DNA of 62,877 bases, filler included, from Octopus bimaculoides (taxonomy: Eukaryota), in assembly GCF_001194135.2 (NCBI RefSeq). It is 5 parts of 5 records of this genome, joined end to end, with 100 filler letters (N's around TTAATTAATTAA, not from the genome) between each part and the next. Parts side by side here need not be neighbours in the genome. Positions count along the whole stretch, not along the records: positions 33,715 to 50,367 come from NC_068992.1; 4 more parts are not named here. One strand, given 5' to 3'. Within the stretch, counting starts at the first letter, position 1, and every line of letters begins with the position of its first letter. Below the pieces are notes generated by a model that saw nothing but the letters and a program-made list of their open reading frames with translations, was not told the DNA's origin and did not search any database. The translations under genes were made by a program, and so were the position numbers. This document shows, in pieces, positions 36,630-49,322 of the stretch.

Positions 36630-36748
36630 TCAGTGGTTCTCAAACATTTTTGCTGTGGAATCCTTTGACATTATTTTTAAAAACTTGGAACCTCTGATAA
36701 CTTTCAGGGAACCCTAGGGTTTTGCAGAACACACTTTGGGAATCCTTG
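36630..36748. mobile_element. hAT-like MITE remnant
   Basis: CAGTGGTTCTCAA start and degenerate TTGGGAATCCTTG end. Confidence 0.5.
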
Positions 36749-38279
36749 CTCCAGATCAACAACTCTACACTATATTATGGACTGTAATTCATTGTGTTTT
36801 TGCTTTTATTTGCTTAGAGATCAGTTGGGTGTCTGCTGCTGATACTGTACTTCGGATTCTAGCTTGAATTTCAGCCTCTCAAAAGTAGTATCCATGTAAT
36901 AGTCGCGACCCCATAAATTTGACCTTCAAAAATGGTCTAAAAAAGTCAACATTTTACATGAGTACATACGGTATATATATATACATCAACTTATGGTATA
37001 GTATTGTAATTAGCTATTTTTATTAATTTTGTGTGTGTATACACATGTATATATATATATATATATATACATGTACATAAACATGTACACATACTCAACC
37101 ATGATGATGACAATTTGAAGAATGGGAATTGCTATTCTTCTGAAGTAATCATTAACATTCCAACACAGTTATTGAACTTAATGAGTTCATTAATACTGCT
37201 GGTATTTCGGTTTATAGGTAATTATTTGGACTGGGTCTGGAAGTTTTGAAGATAGTGTTGTTGTATATGTTGTTAGGACGTTCAGCATTTGTTGAACATA
37301 TAGAGGCAGGCAGTTTATTCCTTGAATGTGTCCTAAAAAAGTCATTTTGGAGTGAAGTTAGTTTATACCCTGGGTGGTCTGTGTGCAGCCCTGTGATAAT
37401 GCAAATTGTACTGCTTGGGTGGGTGGGAGTGGGGTGTAGCTTGTGATTTGTTACTGAAATGTGGCATCTATTTCATGGTGGATTTAATGTATTCCTGTAC
37501 TTGTGCTGGTGTTTCTTTCAGTTAAGAAAATGTGTTGCTTGTGAGTAGTTTAAGTGCATAGAGACATTGCTTTGTTTTTTTTTTTAAAGTTTCTTTTGAA
37601 TAATGTATGTAATAACTGTTATTTTTGTCTTGTGTGTTGTATGTGGTATGTTCTTGTTAGCGATGGTGTTGTATCCTATATACTGATATAATGGTGTTAT
37701 TGCCAAGAAGGAAGATGGTCAGTTTGGTAGGTGCTACTTTTGGTCTGCTTACTTGGGACCAGATTTCTATGTAGCTTTTATTGCATTGAAATAATTTTGT
37801 GCAGTAATGTCTTTGGAAACTGGAAGAGGGTATTAACTGTGATGTCTCCAGTGTATGAGGTAAATAAAGTTACGTGGAAGAGTGAATGAGAAAACATATT
37901 CTTGAGAAACACCTGTGTTGTGTATTTAACGAATATTATCTTGTGTGAGTGTGTATATCTGTGTATTTGTATGTGTGAGTTTTGTGATTTTGTGTGAGAA
38001 GAAGGGGTGCAAAAGGGTGTAAAAATGTTTAAAAGGGTGATTCTAAAAATTAGTTTAATTCTTTAGCTTTCACATTACTCTGGCAAATGCAAAGCTTATT
38101 TGTTTTTATTGTTTTGAATTAATTGTAGTTTTGATGTGAGAGGCCAGATCTGGCCAGTTTGAACATAAAATGGGAGAATATTTAGGCTGGATATAGCCAA
38201 TTTAAATTCTAGAGGGTTAATATTTTAACCCCATCTTTCGTTTTCTCTTTGTCTTAAATTAAAACTACATCATACATCT

Positions 38280-38673
38280 GTTGTTGTTGTTGTTGGCACT
38301 CCATCGCTTACAATGTCGAGGGTTCCAGTTGATCTGACCAACAGAACAGCCTGCTCGTGAAATTAACGTGCAAGTGGCTGAGCACTCCACAGACACATAT
38401 ACCCTAAGCATAGCTCTCGGGGATATTCAGCGTGACACAGTGTGACAAGGCTGACCCTTTGAATTACAGGCACAACAGAAACAGGAAGTAAGAGTGAGAG
38501 AAAGTTGTGGTGAAAGAGTACAGCAGGGTTCGCCACTATCCCCTGCCGGAGCCTCGTGGAGCTTTTAGGTGTTTTCGCTCAATAAGCACTCACAACGCCC
38601 GGCCTAGGAATCAAAACCGCGATCCTACGACTGCGAGTCTGCTGCCCTAACCACTGGGCCATTGCGCCTCCAC
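38280..38673 (-). mobile_element. SINE family A, full length
   Basis: Reverse complement of family A with (AAC)n tail; short TSD ACATCT. Confidence 0.9.
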
Positions 38674-39026
38674 ATCTAGGAAGAACAAAATAAAACTCCT
38701 TGAATATGATTAAATTGGTTCTTTTGATTCCACCGTCCACATCTCCTAACCTCCAGTTATTTTTACTCACCTGTTTTATATGCTTTCTTGAGAGAACAAT
38801 GCCTTCCTCCCCTTACTCCCTTACTTAGAGTGGACTCTCTACTTCAGTTCACATTTTTTGCACCCAACCTGATCCTCTTAGGCATCCATAAATGTTTCAT
38901 ATCTTGACACACATCCTCAGAGAAATTCTACAAATTCCATGCCACTTCACTTCACTTCTACTTCTTGACAACAGTGTATTTTTATAATAGTTGATAATGA
39001 AAATGTTTATATTTATTTATTTATAC

Positions 39027-39352
39027 AGGCACAGGAGTGGCTGTGTGGTGAAAAGCTTTCATGGTCCTGGGTTCAGTTCCACTGTGTGACACTTGGGGAA
39101 GTGTCTTCTACTATAGCCTCTGGCTGACCAAAACCTTATGAGTGGATTTGGTAGATGGAAACTGAAAGAAGCCAATCATGTATTACATATATACATACAT
39201 ACATATGTGTGTGTGTGTATATTTGTGCGTCTGTTTGTTCCCCCACCATCACTTGACAATTGATGTTGGTGTGTTTATGTCCCCTGTAACCTAGTGGTTA
39301 GATGCTCCAGTATAGCCACAGTCAGATGAGTGAAACATAGTAAAAGAATAAA
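39027..39352 (+). mobile_element. SINE family B
   Basis: GGCACAGGAGTGGCTGTGTGG head through GTAAAAGAATAAAA tail. Confidence 0.85.
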
Positions 39353-40403
39353 ATAATGTGTGTTTGTCTGTGTGTGTCTTCCTCTCCAAGACAGAAATCT
39401 TTTAATCCCTGTCTGCTGTTTTCTAAATGTATGTTATTCAGTATTTATAAAGCGTTTATTAAGTGTTATTCTGTTATATAGAAACTGAATGTTTTGCACT
39501 CATCAACTCTCTACATCAACTAAGTTCCATCCCTTACAAGTATCCCTCACTGACACACAGACACATTCTGAAACAATCAAGAAGCCATGTAACTTATGCT
39601 TCTCCTTTTGGACAATTCACATTTTGGGTCATCACACATTTTACTAAGCCTATCTCTTGTGGCCCCTTGAAGTCTTCACACAGTTAAAACTGCAATTCAC
39701 ATAAACAGTCATAAAATTGCTTAAAACCATTTTTTCAAACCATTACTTAAAACCCAAGATTGCTTTCAACCATTTTTGCATTACTTGTTCGCCATTTCTA
39801 TTTTACTTTTTTTCTTTCTTTATATTTCTGCTCTTGTTATCTATTCTTTGTCACTTAAGGACTATTTTTTGTTGTTGTTGACCATTGTCTGTTAATGCTT
39901 ATTGTCTCTTCTCTTCTCTTCTCTTCTTGTCATAGATTTGTTGTTTGTTGACCATTCTGTGTTGCGTGTTAAATGTTCCATGTTGCTTATTATTAAATTG
40001 TAGCGGTGGCATGATTGAGTAGATAAGAATCTGAATTACATACACATAAAGGTTGTAAGTTCAACTCATCTACTGGTAACTTCATTGTGTTTCATTATAA
40101 AATATATTCTACAATGTCTCACTTCACCTAACCATAGAGGATTGGTATCAAACCATATAGGAATGTTTCTTGTGATAGACTTGTATCATATCCTGGAGTT
40201 ATTTTATCTTGCATCCCACTTGACACACGATGAGATTAAATCTAAGCGCTTGTCCTTAAAACCCAGCTCAGCATTTAGAAAATGTTTATTGTTGTTCTGT
40301 ATTACTTGTTAGCTGTTTTCTGTTGTGTCCATTCTACAATTCCTGTTGGCTAATTTTGCTTAGCCTGTAGGCTGGTCTTCATTTTGGAAGGTCAGCAGTG
40401 ATC

Positions 40404-40424
40404 ATGGGCACTGCCACTCTTCAT
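40404..40424 (+). CDS. Candidate first coding exon of the SLC35A4-like gene (MGTATLH)
   Basis: atcATGG start context; phase-0 end fits the 40530 exon; donor GTGATT is weak. Speculative. Confidence 0.25.
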
Positions 40425-40529
40425 GTGATTAACTTAAAAATTATAATTCTAAAGCTGATTCTTTAGAGTTATTTGATTCAATGTTTGGTTTAACATTCTG
40501 AAATGAATATCTCTTGGAATATCTTGCAG

Positions 40530-40621
40530 GAGACGACTGTTAATATTCCACTATCAGCAGATGAGAAGAATGGCAAAGAACTTGTTAATGGATGCCTTTG
40601 GCGGATTATGCTCCTTTTTGG
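40530..40621 (+). CDS. SLC35A4: SLC35A4-like nucleotide-sugar transporter, exon
   Basis: TTGCAG acceptor, GTAAGT donor; ETTVNIPLSADEKNGKELVNGCLWRIMLLF(G); phase-2 end joins 44637 in frame. Confidence 0.75.
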
Positions 40622-40754
40622 GTAAGTAAATCTTTTCTTCAGAATTTCTCTAGGGTTCTCAAGGGATAAAATTCTAATCTAATGCACATTTTGTCAACCA
40701 CAAAGAATATGAACACAGAATACGGAGGAATAAAACATCAATTATCTTGCTTTA

Positions 40755-41028
40755 CCTGACAGTCGGTCTCTTTTTGCCGAACCGCTAAGTTACGGGTATG
40801 TAAACACACCAGCATCGGTTGTCAAGCGATGGTGGGGGGACAAACACAGACACACAAACACACAAATATATATACGACGGGCTTCTTTCAGTTTCCGTCT
40901 ACCAAATCCACTTACAGGGCTTTGGTCGGCCCGAGGCTATAGTAGAAGACATTTGCCCAAGGTGCCATGCAGTGGGACTGAACCCTGAACCATGTGGTTG
41001 GTAAGCAAGCTACTTACCACATAGCCAC
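40755..41028 (-). mobile_element. SINE family B (5' two-thirds)
   Basis: Reverse complement of family B head and body. Confidence 0.85.
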
Positions 41029-41396
41029 ATATTTAACCCCCTTCATGTCCATGTTTTCAACAAAATGTTCATAGACGCAGGCTTGACAGTGTAGCTGTAT
41101 GATAAAAAAATTTCCTAACTGGCCATCAGGTCTTGGGTTCCTTCCCACTGTGTGGCATCTTTTATATAGCCTGGACCAATTAATGCCCTGTTAGTGAATT
41201 TGGTTTGGTTCATTTCTGATCTGAGATATGCCTGATCTTTGGGGTGGTGGGTGTATGGAATATTACTTTGCTTGGAAACAGGTGAGCATTGGTAACAGGG
41301 AGAGCAGCCAGCTGTAGAAAATCTACCTCACCAGATTCCATCTGACCTGTGCAAGTATGAATAAGTGGACTGTAGATGGAAACTGAAAGAAGCTTG

Positions 41397-41438
<42 letters not shown>

Positions 41439-42506
41439 CAAATTAAAAGGGTAAAGATTTATCAATTTATTAATTTATTAATAAATCAACAATTAATAAT
41501 TTTTACCAAGCCCTTCNNNNNNNNNNNNNNNNNNNNNNNNNNNNNNNNNNNNNNNNNNNNNNNNNNNNNNNNNNNNNNNNNNNNNNNNNNNNNNNNNNNN
41601 NNNNNNNNNNNNNNNNNNNNNNNNNNNNNNNNNNNNNNNNNNNNNNNNNNNNNNNNNNNNNNNNNNNNNNNNNNNNNNNNNNNNNNNNNNNNNNNNNNNN
41701 NNNNNNNNNNNNNNNNNNNNNNNNNNNNNNNNNNNNNNNNNNNNNNNNNNNNNNNNNNNNNNNNNNNNNNNNNNNNNNNNNNNNNNNNNNNNNNNNNNNN
41801 NNNNNNNNNNNNNNNNNNNNNNNNNNNNNNNNNNNNNNNNNNNNNNNNNNNNNNNNNNNNNNNNNNNNNNNNNNNNNNNNNNNNNNNNNNNNNNNNNNNN
41901 NNNNNNNNNNNNNNNNNNNNNNNNNNNNNNNNNNNNNNNNNNNNNNNNNNNNNNNNNNNNNNNNNNNNNNNNNNNNNNNNNNNNNNNNNNNNNNNNNNNN
42001 NNNNNNNNNNNNNNNNNNNNNNNNNNNNNNNNNNNNNNNNNNNNNNNNNNNNNNNNNNNNNNNNNNNNNNNNNNNNNNNNNNNNNNNNNNNNNNNNNNNN
42101 NNNNNNNNNNNNNNNNNNNNNNNNNNNNNNNNNNNNNNNNNNNNNNNNNNNNNNNNNNNNNNNNNNNNNNNNNNNNNNNNNNNNNNNNNNNNNNNNNNNN
42201 NNNNNNNNNNNNNNNNNNNNNNNNNNNNNNNNNNNNNNNNNNNNNNNNNNNNNNNNNNNNNNNNNNNNNNNNNNNNNNNNNNNNNNNNNNNNNNNNNNNN
42301 NNNNNNNNNNNNNNNNNNNNNNNNNNNNNNNNNNNNNNNNNNNNNNNNNNNNNNNNNNNNNNNNNNNNNNNNNNNNNNNNNNNNNNNNNNNNNNNNNNNN
42401 NNNNNNNNNNNNNNNNNNNNNNNNNNNNNNNNNNNNNNNNNNNNNNNNNNNNNNNNNNNNNNNNNNNNNNNNNNNNNNNNNNNNNNNNNNNNNNNNNNNN
42501 NNNNNN

Positions 42507-42558
<52 letters not shown>

Positions 42559-42664
42559 CAGCTGACCTATGAACTAACAGCACACACTTTATGTATGTGT
42601 TTAAATAAAAGAACACAAATGAGTTGAAGTTCACTACAGCAGTTTCAGACACATTTTTTATCAA

Positions 42665-42908
42665 TCATCATCATCATTGGATTGGACAGTTTGACTGAGG
42701 ACTGGCAAGCCAGAAGGCTGCACTAGGCTCAATCTAATCTGGCAAAGTTTCTACAGCTGGATGCCCTTCCTAATGCCAACCAATCCGAGAGTGTAATGGG
42801 TGCTTTTATGTGCCACTGGCACGAGGGCCAGTCAGGTGGTTCTGGCAACAACCACGCTCAAAAGGTGTTTTTACGTGCTACCTGCACAGGAGCCAGTCCT
42901 GCGGCACT
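42665..42908 (-). mobile_element. RTE 3'UTR fragment
   Basis: (CAT)n..GAGTTTCTACAGCTGGATGCCCTTCCTAATGCCAACC, as at 29148. Confidence 0.8.
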
Positions 42909-42939
42909 GAATAAACAAATTACATTATGCAAAAAAAAA

Positions 42940-43160
42940 AAAAATGTCTGTGTGATTGTGTTTGTCCCTCCACATCTGCTTGACAACTAGTGTTGATTTG
43001 TTTATGTTCCTGTAGGTTAGCAATTCTGCAAGAGAGACTGTTAGAATAAATACCAGGCTTAAAAAAGAAAAATATTGGGGTCAATTTGTCTGACTAAAAC
43101 CCTTCAAGGTGATGCTCCAGCATGGCTGCAGTCCAATGATTGAAACCAGTAAAAGATATA
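42940..43160 (+). mobile_element. SINE family B 3' half, degraded
   Basis: GCTTGACAAC..CAGCATGGCTGCAGTC..TGAAAC. Confidence 0.7.
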
Positions 43161-43359
43161 AGATTCAATATTCTTTTATTCTTTTACTTGTTTCAGTCCT
43201 TGGGTTATGGCCATCCTGGAGCATCCCCTTGAAGGGTGTTATCCACCCCATATTTTTTTTTTTTTCTTTCTCTTTTTAGGTTGGTATTTTTGATCTCCAT
43301 TTGTGAAATCACTAAGTTAATGGACATAAATGAAGGATAGCTTTGCAAGTGTTTAGTGT

Positions 43360-43364
43360 CATCC

Positions 43365-43395
<31 letters not shown>

Positions 43396-43735
43396 ACGTC
43401 TGCTGTCCCGACTCAAGCCATCTCTTGAGGCACGGTTTCTACAGCTGGATGCTGCCATTCCTAATGCCAACCACTTAACAGAGTGTGCTGGATGATTTGT
43501 TTATGCGCCACTGGCACGGGGTGTGTTAACACAGCACTGGCACAGGTGCTTTTTAAGTGGCACCGGCACTTGAAAGGCCAAACCTGCTTGTGTGGAAGAC
43601 TGTGATTTTATTTAGCTTGATGTGTCTTCTCACGTACAGCAAAGCACCACAACTCCAGGTCCCTTGTCATTTCCTTAGTGAGGCCCAGCTTCTGGAGATC
43701 CTTTCTAACCACTACTTCCGACACCTTCCTGGGTC
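43360..43735 (-). mobile_element. RTE 3'UTR fragment
   Basis: (CAT)n..GGTTTCTACAGCTGGATGC..GCCAACC..TGGCAC repeats. Confidence 0.7.
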
Positions 43736-43763
43736 AACCCCTTAAAGACAGATATAGAGACAT

Positions 43764-43920
43764 CTTTTACTTCTACTTTTACTTTTTTCAATCATTTGAC
43801 TGTGGCCATGCTGGAGCACCGCCTTTAGTCGAGCAAACTGACCCCAGGTCGATTTGCTTGACTAAAGGCAGTGCTCCAGCATGGCCACAGTCAAATGACT
43901 GAAACAAGTAAAAGAGTAAA
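43764..43920. repeat. Palindrome of two inverted SINE family B 3' tails
   Basis: 43787-43845 is the reverse complement of 43847-43903 with few mismatches. Confidence 0.9.
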
Positions 43921-43925
43921 GAAAG

Positions 43926-44112
43926 TATGCCAGGCGAAATGCTTAGCGGTATTTTGTCTGTCTTTACGTCCTGAGTTCAAATTCCACCAAGGTCGACTTT
44001 GCCTTTCATCCTTTCTGGGTTGATAAATTAAGTACCAGTTGCATACTGGGGTCAATCTAATTAACTGGCCCCCTCCTCAAAAATTTCAGGCCTTGTGCCT
44101 AGAGTAGAAAAG
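43926..44112 (+). mobile_element. SINE family C
   Basis: GAAATGCTTAGCGG..GAGTTCAAATTCC..CCTTTCATCCTTTC..AAGTACCAGTTG. Confidence 0.8.
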
Positions 44113-44365
44113 TTAGTTAAGTTGTACAAGATACTACTTACCCAGGATGCCAAGCTGTGGGACTGAACTCAAAACCCATATGGCTCCAAAGCAGACTTGT
44201 TAACCACACAGCCATGACCATGCCTAACAAAATAAACTTGACTGACCCCCCCCCCCACTACCTGATTAAACTTTTGTCTTTACGATCACTCAACAAAATG
44301 CTTTACTCACAACAATGCTTTACTCACTGTGCTTCATAAAACCTCATTTATTTTACAACAACCTG

Positions 44366-44593
44366 AATCCTTTAGCGTGCAAATTCCTTTGTCAGATGTG
44401 TTTCTTATTTGATCTCATTGTTTGCAAGTAATCATGTATTATCTCATAGCTCTGAGACACTTCAATAATGTGATTGCTTATTTTTAGAATGACATTGTAG
44501 GATAGGTGTGAGAAGCCAGATCTAGCTGGTTTGAACATAAAACAAGTAGAACATATGGGTTGGATATAAGTGGTTTAAATGCTAAAGGGTTAA
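44366..44593. mobile_element. TTAA-flanked MITE (piggyBac-like CCC/GGG ends); related fragment ends at 38220
   Basis: Right end AAAGGG-TTAA; degenerate left end AATCCTTTAGC; shares GCCAGATCT..TTTGAACATAAAA with 38140-38220. Confidence 0.5.
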
Positions 44594-44636
44594 TTCTGTC
44601 TTTGAATTTCAGTTGATGTTTTTCTTTTTTTTCCAG

Positions 44637-44742
44637 GGTGTTTATATATGGATCCTATACCGTATTGGTGCATCTCTGTGAAAAAGATGGCAAAATTCCT
44701 TTTAGTTCTTCATCAATGGTTCTGATCACAGAAATAATGAAG
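44637..44742 (+). CDS. SLC35A4: SLC35A4-like nucleotide-sugar transporter, exon
   Basis: Polypyrimidine-CCAG acceptor, GTAGGA donor; (G)VFIYGSYTVLVHLCEKDGKIPFSSSSMVLITEIMK resembles vertebrate SLC35A4 MYGAHAPLLALCHVDGRVPF..SSAVLLTELTK (recalled). Confidence 0.9.
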
Positions 44743-45201
44743 GTAGGAATAGTTTTACTTTGTTACAATAATAATGCTGATGCCCCACCCACCCCTTTTT
44801 TGTTGTTTTTTTTTTACTTGCTGAGTCTGTAAGAAGGGGCAGTACCTTTGACCGTTATAGGTCTTCTGAAATTGGAAGTGTGTTTGATGCTGTTAATGTA
44901 CTTGGTGGTTACTGAGAAGAGAAATGATTGAAAGTGTTGGAGGATGTCACTGTTCATGGCTGCTGCTATCATCTTAGAGATGTTAAAGGTGTATACATTA
45001 GGACGATAGTTTGGCTGTGGGGACAAGAAGCTCACCTTGGAATCACTTGGTTTCAGGTTCAGTCCTGCTGTGCAGCACTTTGGGAAAATGTCTTCTATTA
45101 TAGTTCCAAACCAACCAATGCCTTGCAAGGGAATTTTGGTAGATGGAAACAGTACGGAAGCTCATCATATATATATATATATATATACATTATATATATA
45201 G

Positions 45202-45597
45202 AGGCACAGGAGTGGCTGTATGGTAAGTAGCTTGCTTACCAACCACATGGTTCCGGGTTCAGTCCCACTGCATGGCACCTTGGGCAAGTGACCTCTACTA
45301 TAACCTCAGGCCAACCAAACCCTTGTGAGTGGATTTGGTAGACAGAAACTGAAGGAAGCCCGTTGTATATATATATATATATGTGGATGTGTGTATGTTT
45401 CTGTGCTTGTGTTTGTCCCCCCACCATTGCTTGACAACCGATGCTGGTGTGTTTACATCCCCTTAGCTTAGTCCAGCTGAACTGATCAACAGAATAAGTA
45501 CCAAACTTAACAAGCACCAGGATCCAGTCGTTCGACGAAAATTTTTCAATGCAGTGTTCCAGCATGACCATAGTCCAACGATTAAAACAAGTAAAAA
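45202..45597 (+). mobile_element. SINE family B, full length
   Basis: GGCACAGGAGTGGCTG head, internal (TA)/(GT) tract, AAACAAGTAAAA tail. Confidence 0.88.
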
Positions 45598-46072
45598 AAA
45601 AGTTAAATAAATCAGCCCCCTTTTTGTTATTGGTTTGCCAAAACAGAGCTGACTTAGCTAACCAGCAAATGGCAGCACCAACTGAAGCAGCAGCAGCACT
45701 GCTTCGGCTTTATTTGTAGCAGAGCCAAGGAATATATTTCGCTACTGTTTTGCACTTAGCTATTTCGTCTTTTATAGTTTGTAAAGAAACAATGAAGTCA
45801 TGTTGCAACTTGCATTAAGTTAATGAATCAGATGGGACATGATGTTAATGAAGACTTAAAATGTCTATTATGATGTCTTCTACATCTTCTGTCCATATCT
45901 CTTTGGTCAGCGAGTACTTTGACTGATTTACACACTCACTTACTCACACACGCATGCACATACGCACACACACATCTATATGTATTTCATCTGCATTGTC
46001 ATTATTTTATGTCTGTTCTTCCTTGTTTGTTTCGATTTGGTAGGTCTTCTCTCGCCCAGCATCTGTGTGTGT

Positions 46073-46123
<51 letters not shown>

Positions 46124-46598
46124 AAGTGCACTCAGAAGAATTATTCAGTCTTTGGGTATAAAAAAAAAAAAAGAAGCAATTTTGTACATTTCACAAATTT
46201 TATTTAATTGCCATCAAAATATTCTCCTAGGAAATTCACAGACCTCTCCAGTGGTTCTGCCATTGCTGGTAACACCTCTGAAAATACCTCCTCTGGAATG
46301 ATATGGAGCTCCACCACCACTNNNNNNNNNNNNNNNNNNNNNNNNNNNNNNNNNNNNNNNNNNNNNNNNNNNNNNNNNNNNNNNNNNNNNNNNNNNNNNN
46401 NNNNNNNNNNNNNNNNNNNNNNNNNNNNNNNNNNNNNNNNNNNNNNNNNNNNNNNNNNNNNNNNNNNNNNNNNNNNNNNNNNNNNNNNNNNNNNNNNNNN
46501 NNNNNNNNNNNNNNNNNNNNNNNNNNNNNNNNNNNNNNNNNNNNNNNNNNNNNNNNNNNNNNNNNNNNNNNNNNNNNNNNNNNNNNNNNNNNNNNNNN

Positions 46599-46864
46599 AA
46601 ACTTTTTGACTTGCAGACCCCTTTATATTTCAGGCTTTACCTTAGGGACCCCCTTATAAACGCTTATGAAATTTATACATAAATATTTGCTTAAAATAAC
46701 ATATATTTTTACATTTATTTATTTAACAGTTTTTAACAAATAGGTTTATTGTCAATTAAAAGATTTCGATTAAAAAACATATATAAAATCAAATTGCCCA
46801 TAAAAAGTATTTGCTGTCCACGGACCCCCTGTCTTGTCCTTGCAGACCACAGTTTGAAAACCCC
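46599..46864. mobile_element. hAT-like MITE, left end in gap
   Basis: GACCCC repeats and right end CAGTTTGAAAACCCCTG. Confidence 0.45.
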
Positions 46865-47008
46865 TGGCCGAGGCTAGTGGGATGACTCTAGGGTTGTCCT
46901 GGGTAGCATACACTCTAGCTCTGCCTGTTGGCCGACCTGACAATGAACAACAACAATGTGATGTGAGCTATTATTTTACTTATTTCCTCTACTTTTCTCT
47001 CATTTCAG

Positions 47009-47173
47009 ATTGTGATCTCTGTAACCTTATTTTCCATCGACAGCTGGAAAACTGGCTTCCAGGTTCCGTCTTTTTGGTTTTGTATTCCATTCGCAGTTCC
47101 AGCCATTTTGTATTTCATAAATAACAACATAGCTGTACATATGCAACTACAAATGGACCCCACAACTTACCAG
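47009..47173 (+). CDS. SLC35A4: SLC35A4-like nucleotide-sugar transporter, exon
   Basis: TTTCAG acceptor, GTAATC donor, phase 0-0; IVISVTLF..PFAVPAILYFINNNIAVHMQLQMDPTTYQ resembles PFALSALLYGANNNL..YMDPSTYQ of SLC35A4 (recalled). Confidence 0.92.
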
Positions 47174-47339
47174 GTAATCAGTGTTTCTGGCCTGTGTGTG
47201 TATGTGTGTGTGCATGCATATGCATACACGCACCCGGTAGATGAAAACTGAAAGAAGCCTATCGTATTTTTTATTCTTTTACTTGTTTCAGTCATTTGAC
47301 TGCTGCCATGCTGGAGCACCTTTTGTATATATATTATTT

Positions 47340-47560
47340 ATGTGTGTGTGTCTTTTTTGTTGTCCCCCCCCCCATCACCGCTTGACAACCAGTGTTGGTG
47401 TGTTTACGTCCCCCATAACCTAGTGGTTCAGCAAAAGAAACTGATAAAATAAGTACCAGGCTTGAAAAACAAGTACTGAGCTTGATTCATTCGACTAAAA
47501 ATTCAAGGCAGTGCCCCAGCATAGCCGTAGTCTAATGACTGAAACAAGTAAAAGATGACA
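47340..47560 (+). mobile_element. SINE family B 3' half
   Basis: CGCTTGACAACC..GTCTAATGACTGAAACAAGTAAAAG. Confidence 0.8.
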
Positions 47561-47752
47561 GGCTGTATGGGAACACGCATCCATCCATACATAACAGATG
47601 CACCTACATAGACACACTCAAACATGCACACACAAAGAGACAGGGGTACACACACATTTACACACACACATCTACAAACACAAACATGAACACACAAACA
47701 CATGAATATGCAGGATACATACATAAAACGTACACACATGCATATATATATA

Positions 47753-47815
<63 letters not shown>

Positions 47816-48662
47816 GTGTGTACACATGCACACACATGTGCACAAAACAGCCAAGAAGAATGCAGCTCTGGTAACGGACAGAGTCATCAACTATTGAAGA
47901 AGTTGCAAGCAACAAAAATTTTAGAAAAACTAAATAAGTAAACGAGTGGAAATTGAACCGGTGAGTGTGTTAATTAATAAGGTACTAAAAGAGAATGACT
48001 CTCCCCAGTCACAATAAAATAAATGCTAGTATCTACTTGTTGCACAGCTTGCTAAACATACAACCTTGGAAGGAATCATAGTTATTATTTTATGTCCATA
48101 TAATGAGTTTCTAGTATTCACTCTTCTCAAGTATGTAGAAATAAAAGATATAAGTCTTCCATATTACCTGCCAATTAAAATGGCATTTAGCCAATAACAT
48201 TCTGTTTCTAATTCACAGTCTATAAGTTTTGAAATCAGTTATTCTGATTCTGTTTAAACGAAGTCAATGTAGGAGGTAGATAAGTAATCAACAGTCAACA
48301 CTGACATAATTAAAACGTGTGAAACATCTCTGACCCAACAAATTTAACAGTAACTTCTGCTGTTTCCAGAATCTCATTTATCAATAGCAGAAAAAGAGCC
48401 AAAACAGGGTGGGATCTAACAATTAGCATAGTTGCATTCAACCGGAAGGCTTATCAATTTATACTTCCTCTCCCACCTATAAGTAGCTGTTAGCACCATG
48501 GTATTACACATGTTCCTACATTTTACTAACTGTGGTATTTTGATATTAAGACTGGTGGAAAGTTGTTGCTAGCAGGTGAAATACCATCAAGAGCATCAAA
48601 CAGAATTCCTTAAGATGTTTAATTACATGTCTCTGTGTTCTGGCAGGGGCTCACTTTCATTT

Positions 48663-48695
<33 letters not shown>

Positions 48696-49322
48696 AGGTG
48701 AATTAAAATTATAAAAAAGAAAAAGGATTGCCAAGTACTGGAGCCAACTGTTTCAATTGATCGTATACGTCTATTCAGAAATCATTGTTAGTACAGTTGT
48801 ATGACTTGTACAACAATATAAGACATCTGTCCAGAGTGCAGTGCAGTAGGATTGAACCTAGAAGCATGTGGATAGAAAGTAAACTTCTTACCACATGGCT
48901 TATATATGGAGGGTGGAAGGAGAATGTGTGTGTGTGTGTGTGTGTTTGTCCTCCTACCCTCTTGCTTGACAAATGATATTGGTTTGTTTACATCTCCACA
49001 ACTTAGTCTTGTGAATAGATTTGGTGGGTGGAACTTGAAAGGGTCCTGATCGTGTGTGTTTGCATCTCCTTGCCTTGACATCACATAATAGTTTCAGAAA
49101 GATTGTGACAGTCATACAAACAGTGTCATTCATTTTCAGTCTTTTGTAAGAAAATGTCTGGCCATTGTTTGGAAAAAGGTGAGGGTTTGTGACAGGAAAT
49201 GCATCAAACCATGGAAATTCTGCCTCACTAAACTCTGTCCGACCCATGCAAGCATGGAAAAGTGAATGTTCAAATGATGATGGTGATATGCCCAACTAGC
49301 TGAGAGTTATATATTTATATAT

